A stretch of DNA of 64,000 bases from positions 3,625 through 67,624 of the forward strand of contig JAFGJY010000089.1 of assembly GCA_016928875.1 (NCBI GenBank), in the 5' to 3' direction. Under the pieces are notes generated by a model. That model saw only the letters and a program-made list of their open reading frames with translations, made no database searches and was not told the origin of the DNA. Shown piece after piece: positions 41,950 to 52,411 of the stretch. The DNA comes from Candidatus Omnitrophota bacterium. Its GTDB lineage: Bacteria > Omnitrophota > Omnitrophia > JAHJGZ01 > JAFGJY01. Position 1 is the first letter of the stretch, and each line of letters starts with the position of its first letter. Position numbers and translations under genes: made by a program.

Positions 41950-44022
41950 TTACTCCACCGCATTCACAACTTTTTGAAGATCAATGCTATCCACTGTGCC
42001 GCTACTGTCAACATCACCGTCAGCAGTGGCCGGCGTTCTTTCGATCACTTGATCTTTTACAATAGTAACATCATCAGCATCGATATCACCGTCCTTGTCT
42101 ACATCTTCTACTAATAATGCTCCAAGATCAGTAATCACTACATCGTCAAAGCTTGCAGCGTCATTATAACTACCGAAACCCACTCTGCCTTGCGGAAGAG
42201 TAACTCCGGTAGCTTGCATAACAAGATTTGTATCAAAGTAAACAGATACGGTGCTACCTTGATAAATAACTCTGACAGGATGAAATGCATTATCCGTTAC
42301 AAGGGCAGCTGCTGTATAACTGGTCAATTCTGTCCTTGTACCATTTACAATCCTAAACAGCTGATTTGAAGCAGCATTAGCATTAAATATTGCATAATAA
42401 TAATTGCTCGCATCTGTATACCCAAACACAACAGCATAGTCTGCATATCCATTCGCCACTAAGTCTTCATCAGAACGAGCATCAAGTTCGATATCAAACG
42501 TATCAAATGATTGGCTATTGAATAATGTATACTCCCCCAACATATCACCGTCTTGGTTAAAATCGGTGGTATTTATCGAATATACGATATTGCCTCCCTC
42601 ATCAACAGTTTCCCATCTACTCCCTGTTTTAGGGGAATAATTTACGGCATTCCCCGCTGTCCCGGGAGCAAAGATAGCATTTGCCGGCGCAGATTCTATA
42701 GTGAACTGATAATTTACCTGCGGCATTACATTAGCCGGATCATGAAGGTCCTGAGCATTAACCTTAATGTCAACATTTTGACCATAACTAAACGGCTGAG
42801 CAGGAGTAAATGTCACTAAATAGTCATTTTGTGAACCTGATATTGTGGGATTAACAAGCTGATCATTTACATACAAACGGATCGATGATTGATCAACCCC
42901 TTCACCCGCATCTAACACATGAAAACTAATTGGAGTATTTGCAGAAACATTAGTACTATTAGCTGTAGGAATGTGCGACGAAATATACGGAGAAGAAAAA
43001 TCATCACCCCCTGATTGACCAATAGTAACTGGGAACCCTACGCTTGGATCTCCATTATTATCAATCACAAACAAATACACTTGATTACCACTCTGAAAAG
43101 TCCCTGTGTTTACTTCTACACTAATGGACGACGCATTCCACGATGTCGGGATTTGTAGCTCACGATGAGTGCAAGCGTTATAGCTCATATTGTTACCTAT
43201 GACAACGCGTGACCAGCTTGAATCTATATATGCATCATCCATTTGAAGCAATGAGCCATCTGTTATGTCACCATAATTGCTATGCCATCCGAACCTATAA
43301 AATCTCCAGGACCCAAGAGAAGTAGAACCACCTAACCACTGGAGATTATCAGATGGATCCAAGTTACAACCACTCTTTAACTCACCATCAACATACCATC
43401 GGGCATATCCATCAGTGGCTATATTTGACGATGGAACACGAATAATAAATTCAAATAAATGCCATTGGTGGAGAGACATATCCCTTGGCGTCCATCCATC
43501 AATCATACTATATGCCGGATTGGCGTTGTTTGGGGTTAAATATGCTGAGCCGCTGACTTCTGACCAACAAAATTCAGCACCAATATCACCACCATGAAAT
43601 CTCATCCACTTATATCCATTTCCCCAGCCTGCATCCGACCAATTCCAGTTGCCAGTACATTTATACCACACAGCAGCATAAAACTTTCCACCATAGGTCG
43701 GTGGCATTGAATTCTTATTATCAAGTGCGCGAGCCCAATTTGTACCCATATCACCCTGCGCAACACCGCCACGCTGCCCATCACTTACAGTTGTAAGCTG
43801 GTAAGGATTGCTCCACTCACTTATATCAATACCATCTTCAAAGTCATCAAAAACCTGAGGAGCTGCTGTTGTTTTAGTCCCAAAGGAACTTCCTCCAATT
43901 GTGACAATTGCCTCATCAGAAAATTCACCACTTACATTATTAATTATTGGAGCAGCACAAACAGAAGAACCACAAGCCACTAGAATTAAAGAAAGAAAAA
44001 GCATGATATATTTATTTTGCAT
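41950..44022 (-). CDS. Secreted multidomain protein: ConA-like/LamG-type jelly-roll domains, Ig-like domain, C-terminal type-I dockerin
   Basis: Start MQNKYIMLFLSLILVACGSSVCAAP (signal peptide; GGAG RBS) at 44022. C-terminus DVDKDGDIDADDVTIV...DGDVDSSGTVDSIDLQKVVNAV is a duplicated Ca-binding dockerin repeat. The middle ..ISFHVLDAGEGVD..IRLYVNDQLV.. is Ig-like. Confidence 0.6.
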   Translation of the reverse strand: MQNKYIMLFLSLILVACGSSVCAAPIINNVSGEFSDEAIVTIGGSSFGTKTTAAPQVFDDFEDGIDISEWSNPYQLTTVSDGQRGGVAQGDMGTNWARALDNKNSMPPTYGGKFYAAVWYKCTGNWNWSDAGWGNGYKWMRFHGGDIGAEFCWSEVSGSAYLTPNNANPAYSMIDGWTPRDMSLHQWHLFEFIIRVPSSNIATDGYARWYVDGELKSGCNLDPSDNLQWLGGSTSLGSWRFYRFGWHSNYGDITDGSLLQMDDAYIDSSWSRVVIGNNMSYNACTHRELQIPTSWNASSISVEVNTGTFQSGNQVYLFVIDNNGDPSVGFPVTIGQSGGDDFSSPYISSHIPTANSTNVSANTPISFHVLDAGEGVDQSSIRLYVNDQLVNPTISGSQNDYLVTFTPAQPFSYGQNVDIKVNAQDLHDPANVMPQVNYQFTIESAPANAIFAPGTAGNAVNYSPKTGSRWETVDEGGNIVYSINTTDFNQDGDMLGEYTLFNSQSFDTFDIELDARSDEDLVANGYADYAVVFGYTDASNYYYAIFNANAASNQLFRIVNGTRTELTSYTAAALVTDNAFHPVRVIYQGSTVSVYFDTNLVMQATGVTLPQGRVGFGSYNDAASFDDVVITDLGALLVEDVDKDGDIDADDVTIVKDQVIERTPATADGDVDSSGTVDSIDLQKVVNAVE

Positions 44023-44070
44023 AGAAAATCTCCTTTTTTTATGTTTTAAATGCAACATTTGTTCCATCAT

Positions 44071-45009
44071 TTATATTTTTATTGTATTACTTAATAATCG
44101 TTTATGTATCATATATAAAACATTCGGCCTTTGCTTATCAATCTTTTTTAAGATTAATTTTGTGTAATCATTCATAACCTCACGCTCTGAAATGACTTCC
44201 GAACATTGTCTGAGTGCGTCTAATATCCCTTTAAACCAATATCTTAGGTACCCATCTCTCAATGAATATACAAACATTGCACCTAAGCCAACGACGAGCA
44301 TTCTCACTGCGTAGAAAAATGAATAGTGTCGAATAACAAGCCAAATCAAGTTCCGCGTGTCATAATAATATCGCCTCCAGTCAGCTCTCGCAACACTTGT
44401 ATGCCAGTGCGTAACCTCAATAGTGGGTGAGTATATAATTGTATATCCCTTATTCATCAGCTGGATCGCAAGATCTGGCCCCTCATGACTTATAAAATAT
44501 CTTTTGGGATATAAATCCGTTTTTAGAAGTGCTTCTTTCCGAAAAGCAACTGCCCCTTCAGTGATCTCATTTGTAAGAAAAACCTTGTTAGCAAAATCCT
44601 CTACCTTGCAGTGATGACACCAATTTATATTCTTTTTTGTTTCAGGATGAAGAACCTTAAAACATATTCCTCCCAGTTGTTTATCTTGATCAAATAGATT
44701 AATTATTAAATTGATCTGCTCTTCATGAATACCTAGCACGTCATCATCAAGACAGATAATAATATCTCCCTTTGCTTGTCGTATCCCAACGTTTCTAGCT
44801 TCTACACCCACGTTTTGATCTTGTTTAAGATATGTGATGTTCTTGTTATTTAGATTTTGGAAAAGATGAGAATTATCGACCTCATTACTATTATCAACAA
44901 CTATCAATTCAACCCAAGGCAAACCAAGCCTCAAGTACTCCTGGAGACTTTTAGCAATATATTCTTTACGATTGAACGTGAGTTTAATTATCGATACTTT
45001 AATTCCCAT
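44071..45009 (-). CDS. Glycosyltransferase family 2
   Basis: VSIIKLTFNRKEY..VVDNSNE..CLDDDV (DxD). Confidence 0.85.
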   Translation of the reverse strand: MGIKVSIIKLTFNRKEYIAKSLQEYLRLGLPWVELIVVDNSNEVDNSHLFQNLNNKNITYLKQDQNVGVEARNVGIRQAKGDIIICLDDDVLGIHEEQINLIINLFDQDKQLGGICFKVLHPETKKNINWCHHCKVEDFANKVFLTNEITEGAVAFRKEALLKTDLYPKRYFISHEGPDLAIQLMNKGYTIIYSPTIEVTHWHTSVARADWRRYYYDTRNLIWLVIRHYSFFYAVRMLVVGLGAMFVYSLRDGYLRYWFKGILDALRQCSEVISEREVMNDYTKLILKKIDKQRPNVLYMIHKRLLSNTIKI

Positions 45010-45018
45010 TTACTCTCC

Positions 45019-45579
45019 TTAAAGTTCATCTCTCATCTTAATTACTCTGGCAGGATTCCCGGCAACAATTGCATTATCAGGAACATCTTTCGTAACAACC
45101 GACCCCGCACCTACAACAGCGTTATTGCCGACAGTTATTCCTTTTAGTAATATAACTCTTCCGCCGATCCAAACATGATCTTTTATGGTGACCGCCCCCA
45201 CACTATACCCATCGAATCCTTCTCTTGTGATCCTATGATCCTGCGTGTATATTACAACATCTTCACCCATCATAACATGATTTCCAATGATCAATTCGCC
45301 GTTACCTCTGACCCATGCATAATTACCTAAATTCGCACATTCACCCAATGAAATCAAATTGCCATTAAATCCAAAATCAACGCCTTTATTTACACTGAAT
45401 GTTTTTCCAGTTTTTTTGAATAATGGCTTACATAAAACCGCACGTATTCTGTTTGATATCGCCCCTACGACTCCCCATCTGTCGCCATAGGGCAAATGAA
45501 TGGCGATGAAATAATAAAGGGAGTAACATAATAATTGCAAAATACCAAGTTTATTCATTCGATCAATAATGTTTTTCAT
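45019..45579 (-). CDS. Hexapeptide-repeat (LbH) acyl/acetyltransferase, WcaF-like
   Basis: ..IGNHVMMGEDVVIYT..VWIGGRVILLKGITVGNNAVVGAGSVV.. . Confidence 0.8.
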   Translation of the reverse strand: MKNIIDRMNKLGILQLLCYSLYYFIAIHLPYGDRWGVVGAISNRIRAVLCKPLFKKTGKTFSVNKGVDFGFNGNLISLGECANLGNYAWVRGNGELIIGNHVMMGEDVVIYTQDHRITREGFDGYSVGAVTIKDHVWIGGRVILLKGITVGNNAVVGAGSVVTKDVPDNAIVAGNPARVIKMRDEL

Positions 45580-45595
45580 ATTTCACCACCTATGT

Positions 45596-46837
45596 CTATT
45601 CCGTTACTAGCCCTGTTCTTTCTTCAGAGTCTGCTGATTGTTTTTCCACGATTGAATAGCAGGCCATAACTATTCCGGAAATTAACCACCAATAATTTTC
45701 AAATAGATCATGGCCGAACATACCGACGGCTAAACGCATAATGATAAACATTTGGCAACCTATCAACACGTGCCAAGTAAAAGATTTATGCCTCCCGACC
45801 ATGATCAACCTATTTTTTGTGTAAACAATATATTGAAAAAGGGTCCTCAAGAGGTATAAAAATGCCACCATCCCGAAGATGCCAAGATTGGTAAGAATTT
45901 GCAAATATAAATTATGAGATTGTTGCCATCTGCCATAAATCTTCCCACGTAATTGATAGAAGCTATCTAACCCACATCCAACAATCGGATATTTAAGAAA
46001 AACACCCCAGGCGTCCTTAATGATTTGCCATCGAGTATACATTGAGTCGTTTATTTTCTCCCCCTCGACAACATCCACAGACTGTTTAATCGAAATAAAT
46101 CTATCCCGATATTGATCCGGCATAAATGAATAAATAATTATGCCTAAAACACTTACAATAATTAAATTTCTTATTCTATATTTGCCAAAGAAAATGGCCA
46201 ATAATGCGAGCACTAAAGCCCCAACATAGGCTGTCCTTGATCCTGTTAAAATTATTACTCGAATCCCAATCGCAGAAAATAGCAATAACAGTATCTTAAA
46301 TAGAATGTTTTTTGTAAATAGAAACCACTGGATCATAAATGAGAGATTTGATGCAGTAATACCGCCGAGGGAATTATAATGAGCAAATTGACCAACACCA
46401 AAAAGATGTGAAACCCCCTGCTTATATTCAAAATTCATGCCCTGCAATGATAACAAAAAAGGCTCAGTAAAAAGAATAAATATACAGCCCAGATAAACTA
46501 TCATAAATTTTTTAAGTTTTTTCTCACTATCTACAGTTGCTACAATCATAATGTAGATAGAAAAGAACTTAAGCATTCCTATAAACACTTCTATAGAGTG
46601 AGATGCCGTATGCGTCCACAAAGCTCCGCCCATCGACAAACAAACTGATACAAAGAATAAGGCTATGGCTTTATTAAGTTTTGTTTTTCTAAAAATCTTT
46701 GTGCCCCTTTGTGCAAATAATATCAATAGAAGTAATCCCCCTATCACTAATTCTATACGAAGAGTACCTAAGGAGCGGATACGACTGCCGGGTTGAATAT
46801 AAAATATTATGAGGTATAGTAATACAGCATTGAACAT
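45596..46837 (-). CDS. O-antigen polymerase/ligase family (Wzy-like) membrane protein
   Basis: 413 aa, about 10-12 TM segments, with a central ..LTGSRTAYVGALVLALL.. Wzy_C-type motif and a large loop after it. Confidence 0.65.
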   Translation of the reverse strand: MFNAVLLYLIIFYIQPGSRIRSLGTLRIELVIGGLLLLILFAQRGTKIFRKTKLNKAIALFFVSVCLSMGGALWTHTASHSIEVFIGMLKFFSIYIMIVATVDSEKKLKKFMIVYLGCIFILFTEPFLLSLQGMNFEYKQGVSHLFGVGQFAHYNSLGGITASNLSFMIQWFLFTKNILFKILLLLFSAIGIRVIILTGSRTAYVGALVLALLAIFFGKYRIRNLIIVSVLGIIIYSFMPDQYRDRFISIKQSVDVVEGEKINDSMYTRWQIIKDAWGVFLKYPIVGCGLDSFYQLRGKIYGRWQQSHNLYLQILTNLGIFGMVAFLYLLRTLFQYIVYTKNRLIMVGRHKSFTWHVLIGCQMFIIMRLAVGMFGHDLFENYWWLISGIVMACYSIVEKQSADSEERTGLVTE

Positions 46838-46852
46838 ATAACACTCTAGAGG

Positions 46853-48019
46853 TTAATTTGATAGTAAACTTTCATATAAAGATTGATACTTGTAAGCTAT
46901 GATATTAAAATCAAATACTTTCTTGGCCTTTTCCCTTGCAGACGTCCCAAATGCTTCCCTTGTTTCTTCTAAACGTAGCAACTCTAATATCCGCCTTTTC
47001 ATATCTGTTCTATTTTTCACAATATATCCATTATTCTTATCATCTATCGTATCATAAGCAACGCCATTCATCTCACTGACAACCGAAGGTAAACCACACG
47101 CCATAGCTTCAATAATAACATTACCAAAACCTTCTAAACGAGAAGGGAAAACGAAAATATCACTTAACTTCATATATTCTTCAACATTTTCAACACGACC
47201 AATAAGTCTAACATTTAAACGCTGCTTCTCGATTTTCTTTTTTATAGTTTCTATAAAATCTTGGTTGTCTTTAAAATCATAAGGACCTACTAAAAGTAAA
47301 CAAATTTTATGGTCTTTATCTTGAATATCTCTCCAAACATTAATTAGATCTCCTATCCCTTTTCTCTCGATAATAGCCCCAACAAATAAAATTACTTTTA
47401 CATCGGGATGAATCCCATATTGTTTTTTCAACTTCATTTTTTTATCTGTATTCACTACTGGACAAAATTTATTAGTATCAACCCCTTGTGGTATTTGTAT
47501 TACCACATTCTTACTAAATCCTGCGTCCAAGCATCGTTGAGTTAATGGGGATGATATTGTTATAAAAGAATCAAACAAGTTAAATAATTTTAAACGTAGA
47601 TTGGCAAATTTATAAGTCCGCATAAAATAAATGGGATCATCCGCATCCATCAATACCATTTGCATAATACACGGTTTATGCATCATTTTGCACACAAAAG
47701 CAATAATTCCATATTTATCGAAAAATCCATGTGCATGCACTATTGAGTAATATTTATTTTTGGTAAAAAGATAAAAAACGACATGAACACAGTACTCAAG
47801 AAATTTAAGATTTTTATTCCACCTTTGAGGAATACGAATAACCTCTAAATAATCGCTTCTTTTCTCCTTATCTAATTCCTTATTCGAGTGGTTTGGTGTA
47901 ACTATTGTAAAGTTATAGCCACTCTTAGACATATATGCTGCAAGTTTCTCAATATAAATACCATGTCCCGTGTAAAATGGGGCAAAATCCATAATTAACC
48001 ATACAACATTTTTTCTCAT
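46853..48019 (-). CDS. Glycosyltransferase family 4
   Basis: The start MRKNVVWLIMDFAPFYTGHG at 48019 forms an ATGA overlap with the upstream stop. C-terminus ..FPSRLEGFGNVIIEAMACGLPSVV. Confidence 0.85.
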   Translation of the reverse strand: MRKNVVWLIMDFAPFYTGHGIYIEKLAAYMSKSGYNFTIVTPNHSNKELDKEKRSDYLEVIRIPQRWNKNLKFLEYCVHVVFYLFTKNKYYSIVHAHGFFDKYGIIAFVCKMMHKPCIMQMVLMDADDPIYFMRTYKFANLRLKLFNLFDSFITISSPLTQRCLDAGFSKNVVIQIPQGVDTNKFCPVVNTDKKMKLKKQYGIHPDVKVILFVGAIIERKGIGDLINVWRDIQDKDHKICLLLVGPYDFKDNQDFIETIKKKIEKQRLNVRLIGRVENVEEYMKLSDIFVFPSRLEGFGNVIIEAMACGLPSVVSEMNGVAYDTIDDKNNGYIVKNRTDMKRRILELLRLEETREAFGTSAREKAKKVFDFNIIAYKYQSLYESLLSN

Positions 48020-48702
48020 TCGCTTTTTCCCACTAATTTCATTATTTGCGCTTGATATTCCTCGATATACCAACGTAGATTTGATTTAAACCAATATAAT
48101 TTTTTACTAAAATATTGTTTTTTTGTTAACATTAACGATTTCTTTTCTAGTCGCTGAAATACAACAATACTCCCAGCTTCTCGATCAGAAATTACTCGCC
48201 ATTCTCCCGGCTTAGATAGTACACATTTAAAGACGGCCGACCACACCTCATTAAAACCATGCTCAGCGCTAGGATAATCATGAAAAGCCATAAATCCACC
48301 GGGAATGACGTATTTGCTCCAATTACGAATATCAGAGATAACACCGTTTTTTCGATGATCACCATCAATCCACAACAATGCGATTGGTCTTTTCCATTCT
48401 ACAGCTACGAGAGAAGACCTTTTTAAAACTCGAGTCACATACATATCAACACCTGCTTTTTTTAAATTAGATCCAACATCAGGGTGCTCATAAATATCTA
48501 TCGTAATAATCGGATTTCCACCTCTTTCTTTTTGCGCGTATCCAAGAGCTATCGTAGATTTACCCGCGCAAGTTCCAATTTCTACTATCTCACCTTTTTC
48601 TGATGTTTTTTTTGCGAGTGAATATAAAAACTCTGGTTGAGGATGAGAACACATTGATTCTGGAATGGAATGAATAAAACTAAATAAACTATCTTTTTCC
48701 AT
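48016..48702 (-). CDS. Class I SAM-dependent methyltransferase (Methyltransf_24/O-MT-like)
   Basis: IVEIGTCAGKSTIALGY (motif I), LLWIDGDH. Confidence 0.7.
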   Translation of the reverse strand: MEKDSLFSFIHSIPESMCSHPQPEFLYSLAKKTSEKGEIVEIGTCAGKSTIALGYAQKERGGNPIITIDIYEHPDVGSNLKKAGVDMYVTRVLKRSSLVAVEWKRPIALLWIDGDHRKNGVISDIRNWSKYVIPGGFMAFHDYPSAEHGFNEVWSAVFKCVLSKPGEWRVISDREAGSIVVFQRLEKKSLMLTKKQYFSKKLYWFKSNLRWYIEEYQAQIMKLVGKSE

Positions 48703-48721
48703 ATTATCTCCTTCAAGTTTG

Positions 48722-49861
48722 CTATAGTGCTAAATTTTTAGTAATTATCTTAATAACTTCTTTAATTCTATTAGCCCACGAATTTTCAATCCCATACTGT
48801 TGCCTTATCCATACAAGATTTGAATCGTCACATGAAATGCGTCGAACTATAGCCTCACAAAAGTCTTCATAATTGTCACATATATCTACAATATCAAGGA
48901 ATTTGTCCGCACCAGCAGTGCGAGTAGTCACAATGGGCTTCCCTAAATAAAGATAATCATAAAATTTTATAGGGTCATTTCCGTCAGTATAAGAATTTAC
49001 GTTATTAGGAAGAATACATATATCAAACGAATTAATAACATTTGGAAGCTCTTCGAAAGGAACAGGCTTTTTGTAATATATATTTGTAGGAGCAGAACAT
49101 AAGCGTAATGGATCTTTTTCTACCTTCGGACCGACAAAAACAAAATCATATTCCGGCAATGTTTTCGCGCACATATGTATGAGCTCAACATCAAGTCTAT
49201 CTGGAACAAGCCACCCGGCGTATCCAATTACGGGCCGGCTATTCTTTTGTTTAGGCTGCATCCGCACATGAAACATAGCCAAGTTTGTACCATTACAAAT
49301 AGGATAACTGTTGGTATTAATTTTCAGCGCACGTTTAAGCAACTTTTCGTTAACCGTAAATACAATATCAACAGATTTTATGAAGTGATTGATTTTTTTT
49401 TGTACACGCTCTTTATCATCTTCATCACCAGCAAACTGTGCGAAATCATCCGACCAATCGTATATAGAAAGTACAGAATTAGAAGTAAGTTTATCCAAAT
49501 CAACACCTCTTGGCATAACTCCGTTAATTAGCAAAATATAAGGTGTGTTCGTATACGTAGCAAGCAAATGATTTATATATAATTCTGTCCATTTAGCACA
49601 TTTTGGAATGTATACAGGTGTATAGACTTTAATATTTGACCTAACTTTATGTGGAAAACATGCACGCCAATACGCCTTTCGTAAACTTGAAAATTCTTGA
49701 AGAGGGGCTCTGAGCGACTGCTCAAACCATATAGAGGGATTTACAAAAAAAACTTCCCCAATCCATGTCTCTTCGGATAAATAATAGACCATGGTCTGGT
49801 TCCGTTTCCAAAAATCGCTCCAAGGATTATACCCAAATACAATCAGATTATATTTCTCCAT
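48722..49861 (-). CDS. GT-B-fold glycosyltransferase (GT1-like, divergent)
   Basis: C-terminal half VIGYAGWLVPDRLD...FVFVGP...ILPNNVNSYTDGNDPIKFYDYLYLGKPIVTT resembles a GT-B donor-binding domain. Confidence 0.55.
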   Translation of the reverse strand: MEKYNLIVFGYNPWSDFWKRNQTMVYYLSEETWIGEVFFVNPSIWFEQSLRAPLQEFSSLRKAYWRACFPHKVRSNIKVYTPVYIPKCAKWTELYINHLLATYTNTPYILLINGVMPRGVDLDKLTSNSVLSIYDWSDDFAQFAGDEDDKERVQKKINHFIKSVDIVFTVNEKLLKRALKINTNSYPICNGTNLAMFHVRMQPKQKNSRPVIGYAGWLVPDRLDVELIHMCAKTLPEYDFVFVGPKVEKDPLRLCSAPTNIYYKKPVPFEELPNVINSFDICILPNNVNSYTDGNDPIKFYDYLYLGKPIVTTRTAGADKFLDIVDICDNYEDFCEAIVRRISCDDSNLVWIRQQYGIENSWANRIKEVIKIITKNLAL

Positions 49862-49865
49862 AACC

Positions 49866-51335
49866 TTATTTTTTCCTTATTGACTCAAGAACAATGTCTT
49901 TAACATCAATAAATATTTTATTATCTATCACTAAAAGGGTCGTTAGGTACGTTATTACTCCTGTTATAATTACAAGAAATAATTGAGAGTAATCGGATAC
50001 TATATATTTGCATAGGAAAAACTGGAAAAGGCATATTGCGATAATCATAGATAAAGTGCTAATCAGTGGAGAACGTATAAGTAATACCAAACTTGAAAAC
50101 TTAATATTTAATATTTTTATGCAGATTTCCTTATACGCATAAATCAATCCTATACCTTTCACAATACAAATGGCCAAACAAAATCCATTCAACCCCTTCA
50201 TTACACCTAACACTGGAAATATGGTAGCCATTAATAACAGAGTTATAACAGATAGCTTTAATTTGATTTGAAATTTACCAACAGCATCGCTTACCGGGCC
50301 AAACATCTGCCCTAACGAATCAAATAACATTGCAATTAGCATGACCCTAAGAGGAACAATTACCGGCAACCACTTTGCTCCTAATAGCACCCTCACAAAA
50401 TCCGGTGCTATTAAGTAAAAACCAACAAAAAAAGGCATAATAACTGGAATTGTATATTTTATTGTTTTTGTGAAAGCTAATGACATTCGCCCAATATTAT
50501 CTTGAATTTGTGCATATGTTGGAAAAAGAACCTGAGTTATATAAACAAATAAATTATCGAGAAAATAGCGGCCCCATTGTCGCGCGACAGCATAATACCC
50601 TAACACTACCATTCCGCTTATTTTACCAATCATCATAGTATCCAGTGACGAATTAAGATAAGTAACTATAGCCGTAACATAAATCACAATGCCAAATTTA
50701 AAGTATTGCTTAACAATTGATTTTACTAAATACAGCCTTGCCTCGAGTTTTGAATAATATAGATACACTATGCTCTGGGTAAACTTTCCAACAAGTGTCC
50801 CAATAATAATACTCCAAAATGACAAACCAAGAAAAGCACAACCCACGGTTATGATGGTACTTAGCAAACTGGTAAAAAAAGTCACTGATTCCACTATTTT
50901 AAATTGTAATGATTTTTGTAACATAACACGAGGAATAAAACCAAGTATCTGAAGAAGCAATTCAATGCCCAATAATCTAATAACTAGGATCAAGTCGGCA
51001 TTGCCATAAAACCTAGCGACAAATGGAGCCCCTAAATACATGATTCCATAAAATAACACATTTTGAATACAGTTTAATGTAAACGCAGTATTAAGCTCAT
51101 CTGACGACAAAGTTTTCTTATGTATTAAGACCTTGCTAAATCCAAACGTAAACATTTGCTCTATTAAGTAAATGAATGAATAAGCAAGCGCAATAATCGC
51201 GAAATCCTCGGGAAATAGAAGTCTCGCAATAATTATACTCCTTACAAAATTAATCCCCATCCATAATACTTTAAATGAGTAAACGACGAATAAGTTTCTA
51301 ATTGTCTTTGATCTTAAATTCTCAGCGTCAATCAT
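49866..51335 (-). CDS. Wzx-type flippase (MOP superfamily), second copy
   Basis: 489 aa and polytopic. The N-terminus ..NLFVVYSFKVLWMGINFVRSIIIARLL is typical of Wzx. Confidence 0.7.
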   Translation of the reverse strand: MIDAENLRSKTIRNLFVVYSFKVLWMGINFVRSIIIARLLFPEDFAIIALAYSFIYLIEQMFTFGFSKVLIHKKTLSSDELNTAFTLNCIQNVLFYGIMYLGAPFVARFYGNADLILVIRLLGIELLLQILGFIPRVMLQKSLQFKIVESVTFFTSLLSTIITVGCAFLGLSFWSIIIGTLVGKFTQSIVYLYYSKLEARLYLVKSIVKQYFKFGIVIYVTAIVTYLNSSLDTMMIGKISGMVVLGYYAVARQWGRYFLDNLFVYITQVLFPTYAQIQDNIGRMSLAFTKTIKYTIPVIMPFFVGFYLIAPDFVRVLLGAKWLPVIVPLRVMLIAMLFDSLGQMFGPVSDAVGKFQIKLKLSVITLLLMATIFPVLGVMKGLNGFCLAICIVKGIGLIYAYKEICIKILNIKFSSLVLLIRSPLISTLSMIIAICLFQFFLCKYIVSDYSQLFLVIITGVITYLTTLLVIDNKIFIDVKDIVLESIRKK

Positions 51336-52377
51336 TTCTATAAACCTCTATAGTCTTGAGAGCGATTCTTTTCCAGCTATTAATAGCAATTCTGCGAAGA
51401 TTATTCTGCCCAAGATTATCACTAGTATTCTGGTAAAGCTGGAGTAAGGCTTTACACAAAGAGCCAATATCATCATGCTCATAAAGTATGCCTCCATCTT
51501 CATGTAAATAATCTCGGATACAACCTAAATTTGGCGCAATTACCGGTCTTCCATACGACATCGCCAATATAACGCTCCCTGATGTAAAAATACCGTTATA
51601 TGAGCAAACGACCGCATCACTTGCATTCATATAATATTGAATCTCATCATTATCTATATATTTCAAAAAGTAATATATGCTGTTAAGCTTTGATAAACTA
51701 AGAACTTTTTCCATAAATGAATCATTCAACGGTTTCCCCGCAATTACAAGAGCTATATCATCATTCTTGATTAATTCAAACGCTTTAATTAACACATCCA
51801 ACCCTTTATATGGTCGAACTGCTCCAAAAAATAAATAAATAAACTTACTTTTAGGCAATCCTAACATTTCTCTTGATTCATCTTTTGTAACATTATTTTT
51901 ATATGCGCCAATATAATGGCCATGCGGCACAACGACCACCTTGTCCTCAATCTTTCCTTTGAAATATTTGTTTTCAACTATAGTCTTCCCGGTTTTTGAA
52001 TGCACAATAATTGCATGAGACAAAGAAACAAGAACTATATTAATTATATCATTCATAAACGGATTTTTTGTATCATGCTCTCTTAGATTATGAACCGTCC
52101 ATATAATTCTTATGCCAATAATTCTCAAAAGATAAAGTTTAATTGTTGATTGTAATAGCTTAAAACTCTTGAAAAAGATATTATTGACCTTTGACGAAAG
52201 GAGAGGCTTAATCCAGTGAATATGTAGTACATGTGTGCCATTTCTATTTAATAAAAGATGTTTGATTGGTATGTCATGAGAAAAACCAACAACAACCGAT
52301 TCACTACGTAATTCGTTTGCCAACAAAGATTGATATAGATTTGATCCTCTGTAATCTGGTACAAATAAAACTTTCAT
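51328..52377 (-). CDS. Glycosyltransferase family 4
   Basis: The preferred start MKVLFVPDY at 52377 matches other GT4 N-termini (ATG 52410 is also possible). C-terminus ..CSYNGIFTSGSVILAMSYGRPVIAP. Confidence 0.75.
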   Translation of the reverse strand: MKVLFVPDYRGSNLYQSLLANELRSESVVVGFSHDIPIKHLLLNRNGTHVLHIHWIKPLLSSKVNNIFFKSFKLLQSTIKLYLLRIIGIRIIWTVHNLREHDTKNPFMNDIINIVLVSLSHAIIVHSKTGKTIVENKYFKGKIEDKVVVVPHGHYIGAYKNNVTKDESREMLGLPKSKFIYLFFGAVRPYKGLDVLIKAFELIKNDDIALVIAGKPLNDSFMEKVLSLSKLNSIYYFLKYIDNDEIQYYMNASDAVVCSYNGIFTSGSVILAMSYGRPVIAPNLGCIRDYLHEDGGILYEHDDIGSLCKALLQLYQNTSDNLGQNNLRRIAINSWKRIALKTIEVYRND

Positions 52378-52411
52378 ATTTAATATCTTCTTAACCCAAT
52401 CTTGAGACATA

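Noticed and set aside
41559-42065. A 168-aa plus-strand ORF with striking repeated FPTCF(T/M)S units, and its 91-aa neighbour (41566..41841).
   Set aside because: The periodic peptide is simply the translation of the 21-bp stutter array and the CACCAACC-word block. The ORF spans an intergenic repeat region and overlaps two real minus-strand genes.
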